The position numbers and the translations under genes are program-made. 64,000 bases of DNA from Octopus vulgaris (taxonomy: Eukaryota): assembly GCA_951406725.2 (NCBI GenBank), contig OX597815.1:101618001-101682000 (forward strand), read 5' to 3'. Below the pieces are notes generated by a model. It was not told where the DNA came from, did not search any database, and saw nothing but the letters and a program-made list of their open reading frames with translations. Positions within the stretch are counted from its first letter, which is position 1. Each line of letters opens with the position of its first letter. Positions 52,598 through 64,000 of this stretch are shown piece after piece.

Positions 52598-52968
52598 GAT
52601 GGTGGTTTAGCGGAATCTTTAGAGCTTCTGACAAAAATGTTTTGCAGCATTTCTTTCCACTCATCACGTTTTGAGAAAGAACCCTGTCGAGGTCAACTTC
52701 GCCTTTCATCCTCACGATGTCGATAAAATAAAGTACCAGTCAAGTACTGGGATCGATGTAATCGACTTACCCACTCCCCCCCCCCCTGCAAAAAAAATTA
52801 CTGCCTTTCTGCCCATAATTTGAAACATTATTATTATCATTATGACTAATATTATTATTTCCGCTGAGAACGACTTTACCTTTCATCCTTTAAGTGAATC
52901 ACTGGGGTCGATTTAATCGACTAGACCTCTCCCCCCAAATTTCAGGCCTTGTGCCTATAGTAGAAATG
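52598..52968 (+). mobile_element. Two further family A SINE copies followed by (ATT)n
   Basis: Cores at ~52685-52770 and ~52870-52965. Confidence 0.8.
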
Positions 52969-53022
<54 letters not shown>

Positions 53023-53711
53023 GTTACTATTATTATCATTATTATTATCATTATTATTAACTAGGACGAAGACGGCAACAGCAGTAATGTCTCCAAGTCA
53101 GTTCAATGTCATAAATCAGATCTTTGTATTGCAATAGTATAAATATGCAATTCCAGCAGATACTTTTAATTTGTTTTAAACGCACACGTTTTATATAACC
53201 TCGGCTTAAGGAAACTCAGCAGCTTTCTCTCACATCAAAAGCCAGTTACCAAGCTATTTACTAAATTGGTGTTTAGAACGAATACAAAAAAAAAAGAGAA
53301 GTGAGACTGGAAGAAAAGCAAGAAGTTGAAAACAGAAAGTATTCTATAGACAGGGGTTAATGATTTTCATATGGTGGGAAACGGTGTTGACTTTCCAAAG
53401 GAAGGCATCAATTATAGACATGACATACATAGAGATCAAAAGTTTTCATAAGCAGTTGTCATATAGCAGCCATTGTACAACAGACAGTTAAAATGGCGTG
53501 AAGATGGCACTAAGCAGATGTTGTTAAACCGGTCTACATACAAGAGATTGAAAATTGTTTTTCTTTTCCATTAAATCTATTATGTTCTTTAAGAATTTTA
53601 GGTCATTAGGGTGATATATGTTGAAGTATTTGGAAAGCTATAAGAATTTAGGATGTTTGTATTTTTCTTTTCTTTCTAACATTAAATGCTTTGATCATAC
53701 CATAAATTTCA

Positions 53712-53760
53712 GTATATTCTGATGAAGAACCCTTCAGTTCGAAACTGTGCATCTCTTCGC
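53712..53760 (+). ncRNA. Minimal hammerhead-like core
   Basis: CTGATGA-a-gaac-ccttca-gttc-GAAA-c at 53719-53745; stems I/III and the cleavage triplet are not convincing. Confidence 0.3.
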
Positions 53761-56216
53761 AGAAAATGTTTTAGTCTCCATATTACTTCATACAGAAAAT
53801 GTACTCTTACGAGATTAGTATTTTTGTGCAAGTGTTTTGATTATCCTCCCAGGCCATAGAGCTTTTCCTAATTAACTATTTCCAGTTCTGCTTCACTTTT
53901 CTATCCACGTTGAAAACAATAATATAAATTTCACTCTTGGCTGCATTTCACTTGAAACATTTTGTGAAGGAAGAAAATTTCATCAAGTTGACTTTTTAAA
54001 ACGTTATAAACTAATTGAGCTTTAATTTTGAATCTAACCTATTTTCCAGAAGTCTCAGAACTTCAGATAAATTCTGATATTTTGTAAGAAAATATTTTAG
54101 CGATGTAACGAAATGACATCAATGCTAAACTTCACACGCTCATACACACGCGGAATCCTATACAACGAAGTTATCTAAGCTTGAAATGTAATTATCTTAC
54201 TACATGAAATGTAATTATCCTACCACAAAAAGATACTTTGATAATTACTCAGGGATTTAATGTGACTCACCAATTATCTTAGTTTAGTCGGCTTTACCTG
54301 TTATACGTCTCCACCTACTGTCATTAACATTTAATATAGGACAGACATTTCTGTTTCTGCTTTCAGATATAACACATATTGAACGATGACAAATTATAGT
54401 TTTATATGCTACGGTAGCAGTCCCCGATTTTTGAGTTGCAGTATAAAATGTTGAAAATATAGTGAAATCTTTTACTCTTCAAATGTTTTATTAGATAGAA
54501 ATGTTTTACAATAGCCTTAGGTTTGCTGCAAATAAAAGCTGAAAACATTTACCGACGAATCAAAAACGCTTCACGTTCATATCTATTTACACATTCGACA
54601 AAAGACTGCATAAGGTTGGTTTACTACAAAAAAAAAAAAAAAAGGTTCGTGGTGGTAAACGTTTAGGAACTGCAATAAATGCCGTTTTATTGTTTCTAAT
54701 CAGTTTTCATACTGTCATGACAATGGTTATTACTTAGCTTCTGAGAACATTTGATAATGTGCAGTTTTACTATCTGTAATATTTTATGCTCTTTCTCTAT
54801 TCAACTCGATTCACTATGAACGAGAACAGATTTCCACAATAAGTTCAACGCAAGTTAGAACGGGTTTCAATCTCGACACCTATGTGTTCGCTCAGTCGTG
54901 AAAGCAATATTTCATATCCTCACCGCTGTATAAGACACATCAGCGATAGTATCGACCGATCACAGGTTATAAAGGAAATCGATACCACAATAGTTAATGG
55001 ACGTGTAGACAGGAAAGATTCACTGATGAAATCCGACCAATTGTTTGAGAATTTGTCAGATTTCATTAGAGAATAAAAGCATGCTTATATTCAGTGAGTC
55101 ATTGTTTCCTTCGCTAACTGAAATAAGTGAGGAAGAACCGGATTCAATATCTTATGACATCTTTGCCAAAATATTAAAGAAAACACCAGTTCTTTAGCTA
55201 TTATGACCATTGTCATACTGGAGTACTGCATCCAGTGTCGGTTTACGAATGTACTGACAAGGAAGATTTAGTAGCGGAATGAGTACGAATAAGAAGTGAT
55301 GGTAGCGAGTTTTGCAAAGGTAATTTAGTATAGCCTTCAATGAAATACCATTAGAGATTTAATAACAATTCTGTAATGTCTTGAGGAACGTGCAATGCGG
55401 TCAGAGAAGGTTGAATACGAGAGGATGTAATAACTAAAGCAGATGTAACTCGACAATGAATTGTGAGTCGACAGTTGTCTGTAGAGGAAACAGCCGACAG
55501 AAGTAGGTCACTATCAAAATGCGAGCAGTATTTTTTTCTAAGCTTGTTTAGATTGCAGCGCACGTAGCGCGCGTACCTTATGGTGTTATATGTTTCGACA
55601 CGCACACACACACACACAGGTGTAATTTTAAGCTTCTATTTTATCGGTCAAGAAAAATATCGGGTCTGTAATAAATGATATAAATAGATTTGATTTATTC
55701 TGCGCGCTTCCTACAAAACAAACTATAAGTGTAGATATTCCATCAGTACTACAACTGTACTCTACTACAGTGTTTCCGTTTCTCACTATTCCCTGCCCAA
55801 TTTCCAAACATATGGGTCATTTACGTTGAGCCAGCAAGAGGGTAACATGAGTGCTAAATAGTTAAAATGACTGTCCTTTCTTTCCTGTTGGCAGTTCACG
55901 AAAGGGTGGAGTTGGTAAGCATTCCATTACAAAATTGTCAACACATGTGTTAAGTTTCTCGTAAAATACGTAAACAAAATTCAAGAAGTGGTCTTAACCA
56001 TGCATGTCTTCGATAAAGTTTTTACTAATTTTTTGGCATAGGGTTAAGGTTTTGTTTGCTACAGAAGTAAAATAAAATATTTGTTTCACCTGTTGCTATA
56101 CACACATATACACGCGCGCGCGTGCGCATTTATGCGTATAAGCTCATTAGTTTGTGAATTGATTTGCATATGTTCCACGAACACTATATTTTCAGTAATA
56201 TTATTAAAACAAACCC

Positions 56217-56490
56217 AAGCGGTGGGCTGGCAGAATCGTTAGCACGCCGTCTGTTTTTACGTTCTGAGTTCAAATTCCGCCGAGGTCGACTTTGCCTTTC
56301 ATCCTTTCCCGGTCGATTAAATAAGTACCAGTTACGCACTGGGATCGATGTAATCGACTTAATCCGTGTATCTGTCCTTGTTTGTCCCCTCTGTGTTTAG
56401 CCCCTTGCGGGTAGTAAAGAAATAGGTATTTCGTCTGTGTTTACGTTCTGAGTTCAAATTCCGCCGTGGTCGACTTTGCATTTCATCCTC
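56217..56490 (+). mobile_element. Dimeric family A SINE, second unit truncated
   Basis: Same unit junction (gtaaagaa..taggtatttcgtctgtgttt) as 26219-26610. Confidence 0.88.
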
Positions 56491-56494
56491 TCAT

Positions 56495-58110
56495 TTTTAG
56501 GTGCTGGATCGCTGCAATGTATAGCAACGTCTACTCAATGACCAGGGTAAATAACCACCTATCGGAAACGTTCAACATCATGCACTCGGTCCACCAATGT
56601 TATCCATTCTCCTCTCTTCTGTATGCATTAACCGTAGAACCATTGCTGTGGAAACTTGTGACTTTGAGAGGCATTCTGCACAAAATATGATGTGGAAAAT
56701 ATGTCAGTGTATGCGACAGACGTCACCATAAAGCTGTTGGACACCAAAATATCAGTGTGATCGACATTGCTTCAAAGGAATACGATGTGGTGACAAGAGC
56801 AAAAATTGACTAAGTCAGTGGTTCTGCAGCTCAGCACCTACAGGAGCAGGTCCATGCTACCAAACTACGCTGTAGGACATTAGACGGACCGGTTAATTTG
56901 CTCGCGGTCTGGTTTGATCAAGACCTTCAAGTGTAGAAGAACTGGGACGAGGAAAAAGACTGAGTGGAAGCTATCCGTGAAAGGTAGGGCGGAGTTGGCG
57001 AACGTCTGCATTGCCGCCGTTATCTGTTACAGCCTTATCGTCGTGCTTTGCCCCATTTCAAGTCTGAATAGATTTTTCGTCAATACCCATTGAGGGAAGA
57101 AAGGACTATGCACAAACATGCACTGAGGCTACGGCATCTCAAGCTTTTCTTTGACGATGAACAGGTGCAGTCACCATTTATTAGATACTTTTCCCCCAAC
57201 TGGTCTCTTTGACAAATCCGTAGGCCTAAGTTAAGTGGAGAACAAGACAAGACTTCTAACACTGAAAGTTCGCCAGTCGCTCAGAGCCTGACGACACCAG
57301 ATTAGTGGCGGAAATGTGCGATGACGTTCTAAAGGAAACTTTGGGTGAGGACGAAATCAACTGGCTAGCCTGTTCCGAAGGACCTTTGATTCAGGGCCTA
57401 GGATAACTTCCAGAAATACCAGGGCTAGCAATGTTAACGAGAGGCATTGCTTTTAAGAAACTCAATAGGCACGATAGTGCCGGCAGCCTGGCCACTTGGT
57501 TCTGCACGCGTTCGTCCAGTGCCCGAATATTGCTGACCTATGTGTTTATGTGGAGCAGCTACTGTTACGTGTGTGGTACGGACATAACTGTAAGCTGAGT
57601 CCATTCTGACGATCACCCTAGCCGCATTCTGTTGGTCAAGAAGAGAAGGCAATGTTTATCTGTCAGGGAAAGAGACTGCGTAGTGGGCGAAACTGAGACA
57701 CACACCTTTTTGATCAAAACCTCATCGACTTGTTTATGTTTCACTTGAAAAGAAAATCTGAGAGTGAGGAGAGAAGTGTTGTCTTCTAGCAAATTCATTG
57801 AAAGATTGATGTGAGCAGAGAGTATGGTTCGAGTGAACGAGCTTGTTTTGAGCATGCACTTTTAGATTGGAGGAGTACTGGATGGGAAGGGTGCTTGTTT
57901 AAAGAGTCAGGGTGATGGTGTTTTTAGTGGTTTCTATGGGTACCCTTCAGAGACACCCTCACAATTGGAGAGTTTTTCATTATTCAAATTTTTTTGTTAC
58001 TGCATTGTTTTTTGTTGTAAAATCTGTGTACCCGTACAAAGCTCTTTACGTTTTTCTGATTTGCGTCACTGTGTTTTGTACTTTATATAAAGAAGATACC
58101 AGAATTATTG
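56495..58110 (+). pseudogene. 5'-truncated, decayed L1/Tx1-clade LINE (RT through 3' UTR)
   Basis: WIAAMYSNVYSMTRVNNHLSETFNIMHSVHQCYPFSSLLYALTVEPLL (cf. RGVRQGCPLSPLLY...EPL), then a frameshifted SVYA.DVT (YADD motif), and a T-rich 3' UTR at 57.9-58.1 kb. Confidence 0.85.
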
Positions 58111-58779
58111 ACAGAAAAAAGAAAGAACTTTTGCCAAGGGAAGAACTGTTTTCTGATCCCAGCCATGAGATCAAAAATCACTGTTGCTAGACTGGCCACT
58201 ATTGAATGTATATACAGAGATTTAATGTATATACTATTCCTGGGACTTCTAAAAGCACCAACAAAAGCAAAGTTGGTAGAGAGTACTAGAAGTGGAGGAT
58301 AAAAAAGAGTGAAAGTGGGAGGGAGGGAAGTGTTTGGAAAGTGAGATATAGGAAAAACTGGAAGAGATTGTGTGAGTAAAGTTAAGAAATCAAAACAGAG
58401 GGAGAAGAAAAAAATCTATAGAGGTAAGAAAAGTCAAAATAGACTAAAAAAAAGCGAGACTGAGACAGAAAGATAAAAGATGGGTGTGTGCGTTATACGA
58501 GTTATTTTTTGTTTCTTTGGGGATTCTTGCAAAGAAAATCTGGAATATGATCGAATGTCGACAGAAATAAAATTACAATGAAATAAATAAATAATTGAAA
58601 ACATGAAAATAAATTAACAGGGAAGTGAGTAAAAGCTGAAATATGTTAAATTAAATTATAAAAGGGGGTCAAAGGTTGTAAATATCTTGAGTCTATACAG
58701 GGCAGGATTAGCTAATTTGAGAAGCACTACCTAATGCTAACCACATGTTGCGTTCAGTCTGATATTTCATTCTTTGTTT

Positions 58780-58810
<31 letters not shown>

Positions 58811-59752
58811 GCACACACACACATATATACGTACACACATACACACAAGCATATACAACACAGTATGTGTGCAAATGTGTATATATAGACGTTTGTAGGT
58901 GCATTTATTTAAGTCTGTATGTATGAACGTATACCTAAAGTTAGAGTACGTATTTTTTAAAGCTAAACATGCGTCCACTCTTCTCCCCTCCACCCGCACT
59001 CATGAATATTACATATAAACACATATATATGCCTCTATATACATTGCAGTAAATGAAAGTATTAGACAGAGGAATGCAAATTATCTACTAGTGCAGTGGT
59101 TATTTTCGGTGGCTATTGGTTGCTACTAGTATGGTTCCCTTGATTGGTTGATTTGGAAATTATTTAGTCTGGATAAATCGTTAAGAAGATAGCTTTGCAT
59201 TCACGAGGTCTGTTCGATCTCACTGCATATCTTGAGCAAGAACCTTTTCTTACAGCCTCGGGTCCACCGAAACGCTATAGATGGAAACTGTGAAGAAGCG
59301 CATCCAATAGACTAAAACAGCGACTTAAGGTCCGGTCATGTCGCACTGAATCTTGCTGTTGCCACCTTAAAATTACGCTACGGATATTCTATGGAATATT
59401 CAGCCACCTATACGCTAATACAATGAACATATTTTTCTTTTGCCCAAACAGCTAGAAACATCACCCAAAGCGACGAAAATACATTTATTTTCCTTTGGTG
59501 GATATAGTGAAACTGATTTGATGACTAGAAATAAACCATCTCCGCTATTCAAGTTTGGGGGTGGCAGCAGACTATAGAGATTGACTCATTCACTTCAATT
59601 AAGCGGGTGGATGAGTGTCATTCGCACATAAAGAGATCCGGTTAGAGTCATAAAGCTAGTCTTGCAGACTCACCGAATTCCGGTTTAAAGTTCTACGCAT
59701 ACTGTTCTATCACAAATGCTGCACTGTCTCCGTGGCCGAAAGAAACACTGAC

Positions 59753-59827
<75 letters not shown>

Positions 59828-61630
59828 GAGCAAATAATAAGGGTAAGAAGGAATCAAACAAAGAAAAAATACATGGAGTCAGACAAATGAAAACATATGA
59901 TCTAGAAATATAAGGCGAGAAGACAATCGAAAATGTGTAGAATGAAAATAAATACACAAATAGAATGAACAGGAGATGATCTTTTCAGATGACACTCATT
60001 ATGAAAGCGGGGGAAATAAGGATTAAGATACGCAAAAAAAAAATAATAAAACACACGATACCCAATTCAGGACGTCTGTCTACATGGCAGGTACAGTGTA
60101 AAATGGAAGTTTGGAAGTTAGAAACCCCCCCCCCCCCCAGAAGTGGTGGTATAATCTGAATGACAATGCGGATAAGAGAGGGAATGAGAGTGAGTGAAAG
60201 AGAGTAAGTTGAGAAGGAGAGAAAGTAAAAGAGAGAAAGGAGAGAGGATGGGAGTGAGAGATCAGGCGAAGCAGGGGAAGGGAGAGAGCGGAGGACTCAC
60301 GATACCAAGGATGGTTTGTGTGCATGTATAGTTAAGTGTAGTTAAATATGTAATATTTTCATTTGTGTAGAGGTTAAAATTGCCTCTATGTCTTGTCAAG
60401 GAATATTAGGTACGTGCATCTGAATGTGTAACATTCATTCTTGGAATACATATTACATCCGGCTAAGAATGTTAAAGTATATACATATACATATATTTAT
60501 TCATAAACAACACACAAAAGAACACATATACGTACACAAATTTACATAAACGCACACAGAAAGGGAGAGAGAGAGAGAGAGATGGAATGAAAGCAGATGA
60601 AAATGCTCTTGATGGCTATGGTAAGGTTTATGATTGTGATAATGAGGATAGTGATGCTGGCGATAAGTTTGTTGGTGGCTGTGGTAATACTGATGTTAAA
60701 GATGAGATGAAAGATGCGGATGTTGGAGGCACTGCAGCTGCTGATGATTATGCAAAGTGGTAGTCAAATTCGAAAACCCGAGTGTCATGTTTAAAAAAAG
60801 AACAAAAACAAAAAGAACACGCACACAAAAGAAAATACAAGCACACACACGAGCACATACGCACACAAGCCCACATACCTGCGTACATAAGTACATATAC
60901 GCACACACGTGTATACTTGCATATGCATCAAACAGTATTAGAGTCTTCTAGCTTAATTTCCTTTAGAAAAATGTGTTTGTAGCTTAACTATTGTCTTTCC
61001 CGCTATTTCTGTAATAAAGTGAGTAACAGATTGTCTGACTGAACGTTAAGTCGGATGTCTTGTGCCTTGCGTCTGTCTTGTCTAGACGGCGTTTGATTTA
61101 ATCAGAGCTGCCGTGTAAATAGATGTATTTTGTCTATTGACTGCTTGCAGCGGTCGTACAGAGAGCCGTAGCGAGCGCACTGATTTCATAGGAATAAACA
61201 AAATAATGCGTAAAGAATACATACCGATAGACATACATAAGCATACTTGCACACGCACATACTAACACACAGTGTGAACGTACATGTGCATGTGTGTATG
61301 TATATAATTAAAAGAAATGTGTATGGTGCGAGTCGTTATTCAGTTAATGTTTACTGCTGTTACGTATAAAGACATTTTAGCCACACATACATACACTTTA
61401 TTTAGGCATGACTGTGTGCTTAAGACGTCGACTAGGCAAGCACGTGGCTTCGAGTCCTGTCCCACTACGAGGCAATTTATGCAAGTGTCTTTGTTTATAA
61501 CCCCGGGCTGACCCTTACGTTGTGAGTGAATTAGGTAGAAGGAAACTGCATGTAAGTACTTCGGTATATCTTTTATCTAAATACATAGCACATATAAAGT
61601 CAAGTTATTTCACGTAACTGAATTTTGCTT

Positions 61631-61743
<113 letters not shown>

Positions 61744-61948
61744 GTGCGTATGTATGTATAATTTGTATTGGCATTATATATGTCTTTGAGTTTGTGTTTG
61801 TCTCACCGCTTGCCATCGGAGTTACTTTGTTTACGTTCCTGTAACTTGGCGGTTGGGCGAAAAGTGACTAATCTTGAAAAGTTTGATAAATCTTTTACAA
61901 TAGTGCCCCTGCATGCTCACAGCTCTGTAGCTGAGAAAAATTAAACTC

Positions 61949-61991
<43 letters not shown>

Positions 61992-61993
<2 letters not shown>

Positions 61994-62255
61994 TGCAAGG
62001 GCGCATAGCCTAGTGGTTAGAGTGTTGCACTCACGAACTTGCGATCGTGATTTCGATTCTTTGACAGGATGCTGCGTTGCGTTCTTAAGCAAAACGCTAT
62101 CATGTTGCTCTACGATCACTTTGACACCTGTCGTATGGTACACCATGCACCTGTTCATTTGATGGGGTGGGGAGTGAGTTAATGTGCAGCACATTTTTGA
62201 TTACTGTAAAAAAAATCCTCTGTACAGCTTGTTCAGTAAGAAATTGCAGAGCCGT

Positions 62256-62256
<1 letters not shown>
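61992..62256 (+). mobile_element. tRNA-derived SINE (family D-related)
   Basis: A box tagcctagtgg, degenerate B box tttcgattc, then gcgttgcgttcttaagcaaaac; lies between (TG)n and (TA)n. Confidence 0.75.
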
Positions 62257-62321
<65 letters not shown>

Positions 62322-62698
62322 TGTGTGTGTGTGTATGTGTGGAGTTGGTTGGAAGAATATCTTTTATCCATGCCATTAGCAAGTATTCCAAAACAGGTTT
62401 GATGCAGTCAATTTAGTGTTGAATAAGAATTATTGCAGTTTATCAAGTTATAACTGCAATTTGATGGGTGACAAAGGTTAAAAAAAATGAAAGAGGACGG
62501 TTGGGAGAGAATATCTGATGGTTTTATGATCTAGGGAGGAAAGATAGTACGTAGTAGTTAAGGAAAATCTTGGAGATAGATAAAATACGGGTAACGAGAG
62601 GAAGCGAGACATGTGATCAAGAAGTGCCTACGTCCAGCCACCTCCAAAGAGCAGATGCCACATCTAGAGCAGGGGCTAGAGAATGTCGGTTGGTGAGC

Positions 62699-62734
<36 letters not shown>

Positions 62735-62914
62735 GCATGCCTACATACACGCATACTGCATTCACATACTGCAGCTCTCGTAGTGCATGCAAAGGCATAT
62801 CTCGCTCTGTGAAGCTTGGCCACGAAACGAGAAATGTGCAAACATCATAGTCTCCACTCGCTCTATCTTCCCAGTGATGTCTGCCTGTACAATATGTTTT
62901 GCTTTATCTGTTAT

Positions 62915-63285
62915 TCCTTTGCTTGTTTCAGTCATTTGACTGCAGCCACGCTGGAGCACCGCCTTTAGTCGATCAAATCGATCCCAAGACTTAATCTTTG
63001 TAAGCCTGGTACTTATTCTATCGGTCTCTTTTGCTGAATCGCTAAGTTACAGGGACAAACACACCAATATCAGTTGTCAAGCGATGGTAGAGGACTAACA
63101 CAGACACACACATATATATACACGACAGGCTTCTTTCACTTTCCGTCTACCAAATCCACTCACAAGGCTTTGGTCGGCCCGAGGCTTCAGTAGAAGACAC
63201 TTGGCCAAGGTACCACGCAGTGGTACTGAACCCGGAATTATGCGGTTGGGAAGCAAGATTCTTACTACACAGCCACGACTGCCAA
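62915..63285 (-). mobile_element. Near full-length family B SINE (tRNA head, CORE-like segment, internal (TG)n)
   Basis: Minus strand gtggctgtgtagtaagaa...gggttcagtacc...ccttggccaagtgtcttc; partial copies at 5640, 14055, ~41000, ~59180 and ~61405. Confidence 0.85.
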
Positions 63286-63364
63286 CATTGGTTAAAATAT
63301 AAAGATCTGTGTTGAGATACACACATATTCACACATATGCATGAGTATGTACATTTAATGATAA

Positions 63365-63555
63365 TGTTCCAAATTTTGGCACAAGGCCAGCAGTTTCAGG
63401 AGATTGGTGATATTTGTTTTTATCGATTCCACTGGTATTTATCTTATTGACTCCGAAAGAATGACAAGCAAAGTTGGCCTCAGCGAGATTTGATTTCAGA
63501 AGACAAAGAATCGGAATGCCGCAAAACGGTTTTTCCGACGCTCTAACTATTCTGT
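63365..63555 (-). mobile_element. Diverged family A SINE
   Basis: ccaaattttggcacaaggccagcag tail and gaaagaatgacaagcaaagttggcctc core on the reverse strand. Confidence 0.7.
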
Positions 63556-63932
63556 TCATCTGTCATCTTAAACTTCGATCCATCACTAGAATAATAAATA
63601 ATAGATGTTGTAATCTACGATGATGACATCTTTATTAACCACAAGGATTACTCGTTGAACTTCTTAATACAGTGGTCTTGTGGGTAGAGGACATATGCAG
63701 ACAACGACATTGAACATTCTGGACAAGGTTCAATCTCACCCAGGGCCTGCAATCAAGGGGGTCTTACTAAAATTTTTAAAGGCAGTGCTCCAGCATTGCC
63801 ACAGTCAAACGACTGAAACAAATAAAAGAAAAAAAATAGCAAATTAAACAAAAAAGCATTTTTGGAGAAAATATGAGTTAATTCGATTAGTATTTTGCTT
63901 CTTTGATCAGCAGAACGATATACATATATATG

Positions 63933-64000
<68 letters not shown>
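63933..64000. repeat. (GA)n microsatellite
   Basis: Directly visible. Confidence 0.95.

Noticed and set aside
61992-62075. tRNA gene
   Set aside because: A and B boxes are present but degenerate, no convincing cloverleaf forms, and it continues into a SINE body; the same applies to 52480-52555.

Overview
This is AT-rich, repeat-dense eukaryotic DNA with no intact long protein-coding ORF. The microsatellite load and SINE families resemble what I recall from octopus (coleoid cephalopod) genomes, which is an inference. Most of the supplied ORFs are translations of (TA)n, (CA)n, (GA)n or (TATC)n tracts. Supportable content: many copies of several tRNA-type SINE families; a decayed mariner transposase (~25.0-26.1 kb); a TIR-bounded mariner deletion derivative (22.45-22.97 kb); an R4/Dong-like LINE split into two pieces (6.0-6.8 and 9.6-10.4 kb); RTE-like and L1/Tx1-like relics; and an ORF1 (CCHC) element with no visible ORF2. 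The most interesting signals are four. (1) A near-canonical type I hammerhead ribozyme on the minus strand at 16489-16582, plus several degenerate hammerhead-like cores. (2) A 179-bp fold-back whose 76-bp imperfect centre is also present as an exact inverted copy (14461-14718). (3) A chain of minus-strand splice sites and a poly(A) signal suggesting a spliced lncRNA or micropeptide transcript (~37.5 to 27.3 kb). (4) Head-to-head SINE pairs and 3' tails shared between SINEs and LINE-like ends. All calls were made by eye without database searches, and boundaries of decayed elements are approximate.
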